A stretch of 37,350 nt of DNA from Syntrophales bacterium (GTDB lineage Bacteria > Desulfobacterota > Syntrophia > Syntrophales > UBA2185): the NCBI GenBank assembly GCA_035515335.1, contig DATJBN010000253.1:1-37350 (forward strand). Reading direction: 5' to 3'. Below the pieces are notes generated by a model. The model was not told the origin of the DNA. It was given only the letters and a program-made list of their open reading frames with translations, and made no database searches. Position 1 is the stretch's first letter. Each line of letters opens with the position of its first letter. The translations under genes and the position numbers were made by a program. This document shows positions 8,278-20,831 of the stretch, in pieces.

Positions 8278-10794
8278 TCACGTTTCGTCTTCTTCGTCAC
8301 CAGCGTCAAGTTCGAGCGCGCCCGCGTCTTCTCCGGCGTCTTGCGCCTGGCCGTTATACTTTTCGTCCGACTCCCTCTCTGCGCGGGCAACGCCGACCAG
8401 TTTTTCTTCCGGGTCGAGCTCGATCAGCCTTACTCCCTGGGTACTTCTATGAAGAAGCGGAACCTCGGCAACCTTCAGGCGTATAATCTTCCCCGCATTG
8501 CTTATCAGCATGATATCTTCATCGCCTGTAACCTGCACGACCCCGGAGACACTCCCCACCTTGGCGACAGTCTTGATATTGATGATGCCCGAACCGCCGC
8601 GTCCCTGCCTGCGGTATTCCTCCACTTCCGTACGTTTCCCGTAACCGTGCTCCGAAACTGTGATGATAGAATTGCCCTCAGACGGTATCTCCATGCCGAC
8701 GACCTCGTCGTCATCATCCATGCGAATGCCGATGACGCCTCTCGCCGTCCTCCCCATATCGCGGACGTCTTCTTCATGGAAGCGGATGGACTGGCCCTTC
8801 TTCGTTCCCAGGAATACATCTTGGTCGCCGTTGGTCAACTGCACGGCAATGAGGTCGTCTTTCTCGTCAACGGAGATGGCGATGATTCCTCCGGCCCGCG
8901 GATTCGAATAAGCGGCAAGGTCGGTCTTCTTCGCGATGCCCTTCCTCGTCACCATGATCACGTACTTCCCTTCCACGAACTCGCGGACGGGAAGCACCGC
9001 GGCGACGCGCTCTCCGGGCGACAGGTTCACCAGGTTCACGATCGCCTTTCCCTTCGAAGCCCGCCCGGCCTGCGGTATCTGGTAGACTTTCAGCCAGTAA
9101 ACACGTCCGACATTCGTAAAGATCAGGACATAGTTGTGGGTGGAGGCGACGAATATCTTCTCGACAAAATCCTCCTCCTTGGTTCCCATGCCGACCTTTC
9201 CCTTGCCTCCGCGGCGCTGGCTCCTGTAGAGGCTCGAGGCGTTCCTCTTGATGTAGCCATAGTGGGAGACGGTCACCACCATGTCCTCTTCGACGATCAT
9301 GTCTTCGATATCGATGTCTTCGACACTCTCCACGATCTCTGTGCGCCTCTCATCGCCGTACTTCTTCCTGATCTCCTCAAGCTCGGCAACGATGATGTCG
9401 AGTACCTTCTTCGGATCATCGAGAACGCCCTGCAGCTCTGCTATCAGGCGCTTGAGCTCGGTATACTCCTCGTCGATCTTCTCCCGTTCGAGACCGGTCA
9501 GCCTCTGGAGACGCATGTCGAGGATGGCTTTCGCCTGGATCTCCGAAAGCTTGAATTTGTCCATCAGGGCCTGCGCTGCGTCCTGCGGGCTCTTCGACTT
9601 CTTGATGAGCTGGACAATGGCATCGATGTTATTGAGGGCAATGATAAGCCCTTCCAATATGTGGGCGCGCTCCCGTGCCTTCCTGAGATCGAAGATCGTC
9701 CTCCGCGTGATGACCTCCTTGCGGAAGTCTACGAATCTCTGGAGCACTTCTTTGAGATTCAGGACCTTCGGTTGATTGCGGTCGATCGCAAGCATGATGA
9801 CACCGAAGCTTGTTCCCATCTGCGTGTGCTTGTAGAGTTGGTTGAGGATAACCCCTGAAGGCTCGTCTTTCTTTAAATCTATGACGATCCGTATCCCATC
9901 CCTGTCCGACTCGTCTCTGAGGTCGGAGATGCCTTCCATCTTCTTCTCTTTCACGAGGTCGGAAATCTTTTCGATCAGGCTGGCCTTGTTCACAAGGTAC
10001 GGGAGCTCCGTCACAACTATGCTCTCCCGGTCATTCCTCGCATTCCTCTCGATACTCGCCCTCGCCCGCATGCGTATGGAGCCCCTGCCCGTCGTGTATG
10101 CGGAGATGATTCCGTCCCTCCCGTTGATGAATGCGGCCGTCGGGAAGTCGGGTCCTTTGATATGCTCCATTAATTCGTCGATGCCGATCTCCGGGTCGCG
10201 GATCAGCGCAATCGTCCCGTCGATGAGTTCGCCCAGGTTATGAGGCGGGATATTTGTCGCGACACCCACGGCAATTCCGGAAGTGCCGTTCAGGAGAAGC
10301 GCGGGGATCCGCGCCGGCAGAACGGTCGGCTCTTCGAGCGACGCGTCATAGTTCGGGACAAAATCAACGGTCTCTTTTTCGAGATCGGCAAGCATCTCCT
10401 CGGCGAGTCTTGCCATGCGAATCTCGGTGTATCGCATCGCGGCAGGTGGATCTGCGTCGATGCTTCCGAAGTTGCCCTGACCGTCGATCAGAGGGTAACG
10501 CATCGAGAAATCCTGCGCCATACGGACGATTGTGTCGTAAGCAGCGGTGTCGCCATGTGGATGATACTTACCGATGATGTCACCGACGATCCTTGCAGAT
10601 TTTTTGTAGGCTTTATTCCAGACATTTCCCATCTCTGACATGGCATAGAGGACGCGGCGGTGGACCGGTTTCATGCCGTCCCGGACATCCGGGATGGCGC
10701 GGCCGATGATCACGCTCATCGCATAATCCATGTAGGATTTCTTCATCTCATCTTCTATATTGATGGGGATGTTTTTCTGGAAAAGTTGCTCCAT
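8278..10794 (-). CDS. gyrA: DNA gyrase subunit A
   Basis: [39 protein letters not shown], the active-site region AAMRYTE, C-terminal beta-pinwheel repeats and an acidic tail. ATG at 10794 is preferred; the track starts at TTG 10803. Confidence 0.97.
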   Translation of the reverse strand: MEQLFQKNIPINIEDEMKKSYMDYAMSVIIGRAIPDVRDGMKPVHRRVLYAMSEMGNVWNKAYKKSARIVGDIIGKYHPHGDTAAYDTIVRMAQDFSMRYPLIDGQGNFGSIDADPPAAMRYTEIRMARLAEEMLADLEKETVDFVPNYDASLEEPTVLPARIPALLLNGTSGIAVGVATNIPPHNLGELIDGTIALIRDPEIGIDELMEHIKGPDFPTAAFINGRDGIISAYTTGRGSIRMRARASIERNARNDRESIVVTELPYLVNKASLIEKISDLVKEKKMEGISDLRDESDRDGIRIVIDLKKDEPSGVILNQLYKHTQMGTSFGVIMLAIDRNQPKVLNLKEVLQRFVDFRKEVITRRTIFDLRKARERAHILEGLIIALNNIDAIVQLIKKSKSPQDAAQALMDKFKLSEIQAKAILDMRLQRLTGLEREKIDEEYTELKRLIAELQGVLDDPKKVLDIIVAELEEIRKKYGDERRTEIVESVEDIDIEDMIVEEDMVVTVSHYGYIKRNASSLYRSQRRGGKGKVGMGTKEEDFVEKIFVASTHNYVLIFTNVGRVYWLKVYQIPQAGRASKGKAIVNLVNLSPGERVAAVLPVREFVEGKYVIMVTRKGIAKKTDLAAYSNPRAGGIIAISVDEKDDLIAVQLTNGDQDVFLGTKKGQSIRFHEEDVRDMGRTARGVIGIRMDDDDEVVGMEIPSEGNSIITVSEHGYGKRTEVEEYRRQGRGGSGIINIKTVAKVGSVSGVVQVTGDEDIMLISNAGKIIRLKVAEVPLLHRSTQGVRLIELDPEEKLVGVARAERESDEKYNGQAQDAGEDAGALELDAGDEEDET

Positions 10795-10877
10795 ATTTTT
10801 CAACGCCTCTCTACACTTTTCTATCTACAAAAACGCCTGCAATTTCAAGCACTAACATAGCCGGTGTTTTGAGTGAA

Positions 10878-10906
10878 AGTATAGCATTTTTTACCCTTCA
10901 TGTCGC
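10878..10906 (-). promoter_or_regulatory. Candidate gyrA promoter (GCGACA, 17 nt, TGcTATACT extended -10)
   Basis: The minus strand reads ttagGCGACAtgaagggtaaaaaaTGcTATACTttcac, about 85 nt upstream of the gyrA start. This is sequence resemblance only. Confidence 0.35.
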
Positions 10907-11124
10907 CTAATTTTTTCTCTTTTTTCGATGACTAAATTGTAAGATTTTCAGCTGATGAGAACGCTAGAGTTGGGGCAGGATTCCTATCTGAACAATCGGC
11001 TGATTATTATTGACTGTGAAGATAGGAGTTGCGTGCAGAAACCAATCCGCCAGGTTTGAGCAGATAAAGCGCGTCACAAATTCGCTCATCAGAGATATCG
11101 TCTTCCAACAACATCTGTGTCAAC

Positions 11125-14705
<3,581 letters not shown>

Positions 14706-14711
14706 CACCAC

Positions 14712-14860
14712 ACCTCCCCTTAGATTATTATCATAATAGGTTTAAAAAAATTAGTCGTAGTAATAGTTCCTGTTATTATTGTTTATGGATAAATATATTT
14801 CAGCTGTCCCGCGAACATAGGCCCAAATCGGCTGTTGATAGACTGTTTGACTGAAAGTTA
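14712..14860. other. AT-rich dnaA-dnaN spacer; candidate oriC unwinding module
   Basis: AT-rich run at 14721-14752 (tagattattatcataataggtttaaaaaaatt). TAG-type trinucleotide run at 14752-14766 (tag tcg tag taa tag). DnaA-box-like TATGGATAA at 14784-14792 (reverse complement TTATCCATA, one mismatch to TTATCCACA). A weaker TGTTGATAG at 14833-14841. Confidence 0.4.
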
Positions 14861-16216
14861 TTAACCTCTCTGTTGTAATCCTTCCTCGATTTCCTGAACG
14901 ATTTTCTTTATATTCTTGTCTTCGTCGCACACCTTCTTCATCTTGTTGTTGGCATAGATGACAGTGGAGTGATCACGCCCACCAACCTTTTCGCCGATGT
15001 CAGGAAAAGAGAGGGCTGTCAGCCTCCTCGCGAGATACATGGCGACCTGCCTTGCGAATACCAGATTCTTGTTCTTTTTCTGCGACTTGATATCCGATAC
15101 CTTTATATTCAGCCTGGCGGCGATGGCCCTAAGTATCTCCTCAATCGTGACATCTTCCTTTTCCACCCTCTTTAATATCCTTTTCAGGACCTCCTTGGCG
15201 AGGTTCATGTCGATTTCCTTGCCCGTGATTGACGAGAATGCTGAGATCCTGATGAGGTAGCCCTCGAGCTCCCTGATATTCGACTCAACCTGGGATGCCA
15301 CATAGTGGGCCACATTGGTCGGCAGAACCAGATTGTTTTCCTGCGCCTTTTTTTCCAGGATGGCTATTTTCGTCTCAATCTCCGGGGGATGGATGTCCGC
15401 GATGAGGCCCCATTCGAATCGTGAGCGCAATCTGCCCTCCATGTTCGGTATGTCCTTGGGAAACTTATCGCTTGAGACCACGATCTGTTTGCCGGAATCG
15501 TGCAGGGTGTTGAAGGTATGAAAAAATTCCTCCTGCGTCTTTTCTTTGCCGGCAACAAACTGGATGTCGTCTATCAGGAGGCAATCGATGTTTCTGTATT
15601 TTTCCCTGAACTTCGGCATCCTGTCATACCTGATAGAATTGATCAGTTCATTCATGAACTCTTCCGCAGACACATACACAACGTTCATGTCCGGATGGCG
15701 CACGAGCGCCCGGAGCCCGATCGCATTCAAGAGATGTGTCTTTCCGAGACCGACGCCCCCGTAAATGAAGAGCGGATTGTAGTTCTTCGCCGGCTGCTCG
15801 GCAACGGACTGGGCTGCCGCATGGGCGAACTGGTTGCACGGACCCACGACGAATCTCTCAAAGCTGTAATGGGGATTCAACGACTGATTGATCCCGGAGC
15901 GGACACGTTTGCTCTGGGAACGCGTCTTTTCCTGATGCTCCCCGTGCCGGCGGACAGAGGCCTGGCTTTTCTTACCTTCCTGGGCGATCTGCAGTTCTAC
16001 TTTAAGGTCAATGCCCGCGACCTTGGTTAGGGCATCCCTGATGACATTCTGGTAGTTTTCGACAAGCCAATCCTTAAAAAACTTGTTGGGAACATGAAGA
16101 ATGACGTTGCTCCCTTCCATAGAAGAAATTTTAATCGGCCTGATCCAGGTCTCAAAATTTTGCGGACTGACCTTTTCTTTAATGATTTGACTGCTTTTTT
16201 CCCAAAGAATTTCCAA
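14861..16216 (-). CDS. dnaA: Chromosomal replication initiator DnaA
   Basis: Walker A GGVGLGKTHLL, LLIDDIQF, the sensor region and the C-terminal DNA-binding domain (VFARQVAMYLARRLT...SFPDIGEKVGGRDHSTVIYA). TTG start at 16216 with AAGGTG 7 nt upstream; an in-frame TGA lies just upstream. Confidence 0.97.
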   Translation of the reverse strand: MEILWEKSSQIIKEKVSPQNFETWIRPIKISSMEGSNVILHVPNKFFKDWLVENYQNVIRDALTKVAGIDLKVELQIAQEGKKSQASVRRHGEHQEKTRSQSKRVRSGINQSLNPHYSFERFVVGPCNQFAHAAAQSVAEQPAKNYNPLFIYGGVGLGKTHLLNAIGLRALVRHPDMNVVYVSAEEFMNELINSIRYDRMPKFREKYRNIDCLLIDDIQFVAGKEKTQEEFFHTFNTLHDSGKQIVVSSDKFPKDIPNMEGRLRSRFEWGLIADIHPPEIETKIAILEKKAQENNLVLPTNVAHYVASQVESNIRELEGYLIRISAFSSITGKEIDMNLAKEVLKRILKRVEKEDVTIEEILRAIAARLNIKVSDIKSQKKNKNLVFARQVAMYLARRLTALSFPDIGEKVGGRDHSTVIYANNKMKKVCDEDKNIKKIVQEIEEGLQQRG

Positions 16217-16238
16217 AGCAATTCACCTTATAAACAGC

Positions 16239-16259
16239 GTTATCAACATTGTTGATAAC
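16239..16259. promoter_or_regulatory. Perfect 10-bp inverted repeat made of two DnaA-box-like 9-mers (TTATCAACA / TGTTGATAA)
   Basis: gttatcaaca-t-tgttgataac sits in the 48-bp parB-dnaA gap, 23-43 nt upstream of the dnaA TTG. Each arm differs from the TTATCCACA consensus at one position. Confidence 0.5.
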
Positions 16260-16264
16260 TCATA

Positions 16265-17137
16265 TTACCTCGATCCTCGTTTACCTTCCATGATATTGAG
16301 CAGCAGTGTCACGATGCGATTCAGTTCTTCCGCCGTCTTGAACTTTATATCTATAGACCCTTTATTCTTCCGCTGGTGGATTTGGATCTCCGTCATCAGT
16401 TTCGACGAGAGATCTCTTTCCAGATCGCGAATGTAGGGATCCTTCTTTTTCGCCTTCTTGTCGGGGGCTGTCTTCCTCAGCTTCTGTATAAGGCGCTCTG
16501 TCTCTCTTACATTCAAACCTTTTTTGACGATGATATTTAGAGTTCTGATCTGCTCGCCCGGGGAATCGAGCATCAGCAGGCATCGGCCATGACCGGGACT
16601 GATCGTTTTATTCATCAGTGCGGTCCTGATCTCCCGGGGCAGTTTCAAGAGCCGTATCGTATTGGCGATTGTCGAGCGATCTTTTCCTACGCGCGACGAG
16701 ACCTCTTCCTGCGACAGGCTGAACTTGTTGATCAGGGTCTGATAGCCCTCCGCTTCCTCAAGGGGATTGAGGTTCTCCCGCATGAGGTTTTCTACGAGAG
16801 ACCATTCTGCCGCCGCCGCATCCGAGGCATCCCGGATAATGACCGGCACTTCCTTGAGGCCTGCCGCCTGAGCGGCCCTCCACCTGCGTTCCCCGGCGAT
16901 AATCTCGTAGCCGGTATCGGATCTCCGCACGACGATGGGCTGGATGATCCCGTCCTTCTTTACGGATGCGACAAGCCTGGTCTGTTCCCTGTCATTGAAA
17001 TCCTTGCGCGCCTGATACCTGTTCGGCGAAAGCTCTTCGATCCCGCACATGATGTATGAAGGCTTTTTCCCGACGCCGTCAAGAAGGTCGGGGAACAGGG
17101 CGCCGAGCCCTTTGCCGAGGGAACTTTTTTGCTGCAT
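16265..17137 (-). CDS. parB: Chromosome partitioning protein ParB (Spo0J)
   Basis: LGKGLGALF, PNRYQARKDFNDREQTRLVASVKKDGIIQPIVVR, IIAGERRWRAAQAAGL and an HTH segment SQEEVSSRVGKDRSTIANTIRLLKLP. The ATG abuts the parA stop. Confidence 0.93.
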   Translation of the reverse strand: MQQKSSLGKGLGALFPDLLDGVGKKPSYIMCGIEELSPNRYQARKDFNDREQTRLVASVKKDGIIQPIVVRRSDTGYEIIAGERRWRAAQAAGLKEVPVIIRDASDAAAAEWSLVENLMRENLNPLEEAEGYQTLINKFSLSQEEVSSRVGKDRSTIANTIRLLKLPREIRTALMNKTISPGHGRCLLMLDSPGEQIRTLNIIVKKGLNVRETERLIQKLRKTAPDKKAKKKDPYIRDLERDLSSKLMTEIQIHQRKNKGSIDIKFKTAEELNRIVTLLLNIMEGKRGSR

Positions 17138-17908
17138 CTAGATCCTCCCGTTGACCAAAATCTCCCGGGCGAGCTCCATGTAGGAGAGGGCGCCCTTGGA
17201 CTTTATATCATACAGAATGATGGGGAGGCCGTGGCTCGGGCTTTCAGACAACCTGACATTTCTGGGAATAACCGTTTCGAACACCTTGTTTCCGAGGTGC
17301 CTTCTCACGTCCTCACTCACCCTGTGGGAAAGAGAATTTCTCGTGTCAAACATCGTAAGCAGAATGCCTCCCAGAGAGAGTGCGGGATTCAGCCTTGCCT
17401 TAACAAGTTTCACCGTATTGAGCAGATACCCGAGACCTTCCATCGCAAAATATTCACACTGCAGAGGGATGATCACTGAGTCGGAAGCAACGAGCGCGTT
17501 GACCGTGAGGAACCCCAGAGACGGCGGACAATCAATGATGACGAAGTCATAAGCCGTGTCCAGGTTCTTCAAGAGATCACGAAGCTTCTTTTCCCTGTCT
17601 TCCAGATTTACAAACTCGACCTCAATCCCGATGAGATCCTGGTTGGCCGGCGCGACATCAAGGAACGGCAATTGAGTCGCTACGATCACCTCTTTCAGCG
17701 GCAACTGGCCGATCAGGGAATGATAAAGATTCTTCTTTTCGATGACCGCCCTGTCGATGCCCATGCCGCTCGAAGCGTTGCCCTGAGAGTCACAATCAAC
17801 AAGCAGAGTCCTCTTTTCCGCAGCCGCCAGAGTCGCCGCAAGATTAATGGCCGTGGTTGTCTTTCCAACACCCCCCTTTTGATTGGCTATGCATATGATT
17901 TTACGCAT
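17138..17908 (-). CDS. parA: Chromosome partitioning ATPase ParA (Soj)
   Basis: MRKIICIANQKGGVGKTTTAINLAATLA (deviant Walker A), LLVDCDSQGN and IIDCPPSLG. Confidence 0.93.
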   Translation of the reverse strand: MRKIICIANQKGGVGKTTTAINLAATLAAAEKRTLLVDCDSQGNASSGMGIDRAVIEKKNLYHSLIGQLPLKEVIVATQLPFLDVAPANQDLIGIEVEFVNLEDREKKLRDLLKNLDTAYDFVIIDCPPSLGFLTVNALVASDSVIIPLQCEYFAMEGLGYLLNTVKLVKARLNPALSLGGILLTMFDTRNSLSHRVSEDVRRHLGNKVFETVIPRNVRLSESPSHGLPIILYDIKSKGALSYMELAREILVNGRI

Positions 17909-17997
17909 GATTTAATAGAGCGCGCAAACGGCTTTCTGGGACGTATTTTTTGAAAAAAAGATAGCACAAAACACGTTTGTTTAGAAGGAATATTTGT

Positions 17998-18666
17998 TTA
18001 TGAAGCAAGTTTTTTGAAGACAAAAATTCTCCGAAAATCATCGGTTATTGGCAGAGTCAAATCGTGACTTTCGCTGTACTTAAGGCCGAGGTTTTGAGGC
18101 ACATCCCTGGCTTCAGAAAGTTCTTTATCGGTTCTTTTTCCCTTCATTATCAGCAAAGAACCGGATGGGGTAAGAAAGAAGGCTCCCATCCGAAGAAGGG
18201 GCGGCAGTTTGATTGCGGCCCTCGATGTTACGATATTAAAGAACCCTTCATATGCACTGTCTTCCATCATGGATTCGGCACGGCTGTTTATGACCACTGT
18301 CTCTTTCAGGTTTAAGGCGCGGACCACGTTCTTGAGAAAAGAGGATTTCTTGCGTGACGCTTCGAGAAGGAAGACCGAAAGTGAATCCACTGCGATCTTC
18401 AGGGGGATGCCGGGAAACCCGGCTCCTGATCCGATATCGAGAACCCTGCCCGACTTGTTTCTGATATATGGCAAGAGCGTCAAAGAGTCAATGAAATGTT
18501 TTATTATGATGTCGCGCTCCGATTTGAGGGCGGTTAAGTTCATCCTGCTGTTCCAGCGAAGAAGATCTTCCAGATAAGATGCAAAGAGAGACATCTCTCT
18601 TTCACCGAGAGAAATCCCGAGAGCCAGGCCGGCCTCAAGAAGAATCTCTTTATTCCCTTTTTCCAT
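17998..18666 (-). CDS. rsmG: 16S rRNA (guanine527-N7)-methyltransferase RsmG (GidB)
   Basis: LLRWNSRMNLTALKSERDIIIKHFIDSL ... VLDIGSGAGFPGIPLKI is the typical RsmG pattern. The position upstream of parAB is canonical. Confidence 0.9.
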   Translation of the reverse strand: MEKGNKEILLEAGLALGISLGEREMSLFASYLEDLLRWNSRMNLTALKSERDIIIKHFIDSLTLLPYIRNKSGRVLDIGSGAGFPGIPLKIAVDSLSVFLLEASRKKSSFLKNVVRALNLKETVVINSRAESMMEDSAYEGFFNIVTSRAAIKLPPLLRMGAFFLTPSGSLLIMKGKRTDKELSEARDVPQNLGLKYSESHDLTLPITDDFRRIFVFKKLAS

Positions 18667-18803
18667 GCCCTATTTCTTTCAGAGGCCGTGCTCCATGTCA
18701 ACATCTTCTTGCTCGTATTTGAAGGGGCAATGTTTGACTGTCCCACGCGGTCATTTTCTGGTAGAAATAGTATCCATTATTTAATAAATTCAGATGCGGT
18801 GAG

Positions 18804-19547
18804 ATGAGCATGCCGAAAAGAGCGAAGACAGAAAACATCACGATAGTTCTCAACCGGCCGAAGTATCCAGGCAATGTCGGGTTCGTGGCCAGGTGTGCGA
18901 GCAACATGGGGATTGATAAGGTCATTGTTGTGGGAAACAGGAACCTCGCCATGGAGGAGATGAAGCAGACAGCCACCCACTTCGCGGCAAAGATCATCGA
19001 CAGGATCAAGCACGTCGATTCACTGGACGATGCGCTGGCGCGCTTCCAGTACATTGTAGGGACTACGTCAAGAAGGGGTTCGGCAAGAGGCCCCGTCGTA
19101 TCCCCCCGGGAGATGGCAGCGCGCATAGTAGATGTATCGCAGGAAAACGAAGTGGTGCTCCTCGTGGGCCCCGAGGACACGGGGCTCTCCAACGACGACC
19201 TCCGGTTCTGCCACCTCGTGGTCACCATACCTACCTCGCGGAACAACCGATCCATCAATCTCTCGCACGCGGTCATGATCCTCTGCTACGAAATCTTTGC
19301 TGCCAATATGGAGCCGCTGGAGGCATTTGCGCCGCGCCTCGCGGAGTCCGGAGAACTGGAAGGCATGTATACACACATGAAATCCGTATTGACGGAGATC
19401 GGTTTTCTGAATCCGGAGAACCCTGACTTTTGGATGATGCACATCAGGAGATTTCTGTCCCGGACTAATCTCCTCGGGAAGGAAGTAAAGATTGTCAGGG
19501 GCGTCTGCCGGCAGCTCGACTGGTATATGAAAAACAAAAAGACTTGA
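18804..19547 (+). CDS. SpoU/TrmH-family RNA 2'-O-methyltransferase (TrmJ-like)
   Basis: ITIVLNRPKYPGNVGFVARCASNMG ... LLVGPEDTGLSNDDL ... IPTSRNNRSINLSHAVMILCYEI (SPOUT motifs). ATG at 18810 has better spacing to GGTGAG than ATG at 18804. Confidence 0.8.
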   Translation: MSMPKRAKTENITIVLNRPKYPGNVGFVARCASNMGIDKVIVVGNRNLAMEEMKQTATHFAAKIIDRIKHVDSLDDALARFQYIVGTTSRRGSARGPVVSPREMAARIVDVSQENEVVLLVGPEDTGLSNDDLRFCHLVVTIPTSRNNRSINLSHAVMILCYEIFAANMEPLEAFAPRLAESGELEGMYTHMKSVLTEIGFLNPENPDFWMMHIRRFLSRTNLLGKEVKIVRGVCRQLDWYMKNKKT

Positions 19548-19599
19548 CTTTCAATCGACAGAAACTTATTACTCATTGAAATTCCCTGGGGGTGCAGCC

Positions 19600-20760
19600 A
19601 TGTACAAGAATTTTTCCTTTACCGGCGCGAAGAAAATCGTTTTCGGTAACGGCGTCTTAGAGACTCTTGGAGCGCACGTTCGTGAACTCAAAGGAACCCG
19701 CCCCCTCGTCGTCCTTGACAGAAACCTGGCAAAGACAGACCTTAAGGGGAAGGTGTCCGACATCCTGGTGAACGCCGGCTTCAGACCGACCATTTTCGAC
19801 GAGCAGGTTGAGGCGGAGCCGAGGCTCGAAGTGGCGGACGAAGGGACAAAGGTCGCCCAGAAAACGAAAAGCAATTTGGTGATCGGCATGGGCGGAGGAA
19901 GCGCGATGGATGTGGCGAAGGCGATCGCTGCCCTCACTGCCAATAACGGCAAGGCGAAGGATTATCTGGGATTGAACAAGGTCCCGGGCGTCGGGCTTCC
20001 GACGATAATGATTCCCACGACGGCAGGGACGGGGAGCGAGGTCACCTTTACCGCCGTCTTCGTGAGACAGAATTTGAAAAAGAAAGAGGGCATGAACAGC
20101 CCTTACCTTTATCCTGATCTCGCCCTCCTCGATCCCAAGCTTACACTTTCTCTCCCTTCCGTCTCCACGGCATCGACAGGTATTGACGCCTTATGTCATG
20201 CCATAGAATCCTACACATCGATCAATGCCTCGCCCATGAGTGAGCTCATTTCCCTCGAGGCCGTCAATTTGATTTCATCGAACCTCCGGACGTGCGTCCA
20301 TGACGGGAGCAACCTTAAGGCAAGAGGGAAGATGCTCCTGGGAAGCCTTTATGCGGGCCTGGGCCTTGCCAATGCGGGCGTTGGCGCCGTTCACTCGCTC
20401 TCCTATCCCTTAGGCGGAAAATACGGGGTCTCGCACGGTCTTGCCAACACGATCATGCTGCCGCATGTGATGGCCTTCAATCTGCCCGGCGCCCTCGAAA
20501 AGTTTGCCGTGATTGCCGAGGCCATGGGAGAGGAGATCGACGGCATGCCGCTCCGTGAAGCGGCGTTCCTGGCCGTTGAAGCGGTACAGGCACTGATAGA
20601 AGATTGCGGCGTCTACACAACGCTCGAGGACCTGAATATACCCGAGGAGGCCCTGCCGGAACTCGCCGATGTCGCGATGACGGTTACAAGGCCCCTGGAG
20701 AATAATCCCCGGAAACTGACCATAGAGGATGCGATAGACATCTACGGGGAGGCATACTGA
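19600..20760 (+). CDS. Iron-containing (group III) alcohol dehydrogenase family oxidoreductase
   Basis: GMGGGSAMDVAKAIA, PTTAGTGSEVT, metal-ligand region DALCHAIESY and HSLSYPLGGKYGVSHG. ATG at 19600; the track ORF begins at an upstream TTG. Confidence 0.85.
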   Translation: MYKNFSFTGAKKIVFGNGVLETLGAHVRELKGTRPLVVLDRNLAKTDLKGKVSDILVNAGFRPTIFDEQVEAEPRLEVADEGTKVAQKTKSNLVIGMGGGSAMDVAKAIAALTANNGKAKDYLGLNKVPGVGLPTIMIPTTAGTGSEVTFTAVFVRQNLKKKEGMNSPYLYPDLALLDPKLTLSLPSVSTASTGIDALCHAIESYTSINASPMSELISLEAVNLISSNLRTCVHDGSNLKARGKMLLGSLYAGLGLANAGVGAVHSLSYPLGGKYGVSHGLANTIMLPHVMAFNLPGALEKFAVIAEAMGEEIDGMPLREAAFLAVEAVQALIEDCGVYTTLEDLNIPEEALPELADVAMTVTRPLENNPRKLTIEDAIDIYGEAY

Positions 20761-20831
20761 ATTTAATTTTAGACATGAAGCGAAGTCCTGGATGATCTTT
20801 TCAACTCATTCAGGACTCGATGGAGGACAAT

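Noticed and set aside
8341-9858. 505-aa plus-strand ORF
   Set aside because: It lies entirely antisense to gyrA, whose minus-strand product carries all the canonical GyrA motifs. The plus-strand product is low-complexity (Leu/Arg/Asp-rich) with no recognisable domain. This is a shadow ORF.
18667-18803. rsmG / trmJ-like divergent intergenic region as the replication origin (gene orientation switches here)
   Set aside because: I found no sequence within two mismatches of TTATCCACA; the best is GTATCCATT. There is no pronounced AT-rich tract. The strand switch is not maintained, because genes return to the minus strand from 25446 onward.
18698-19276. 192-aa minus-strand ORF
   Set aside because: It is antisense to the SpoU/TrmJ-like methyltransferase, which has clear SPOUT motifs on the plus strand.
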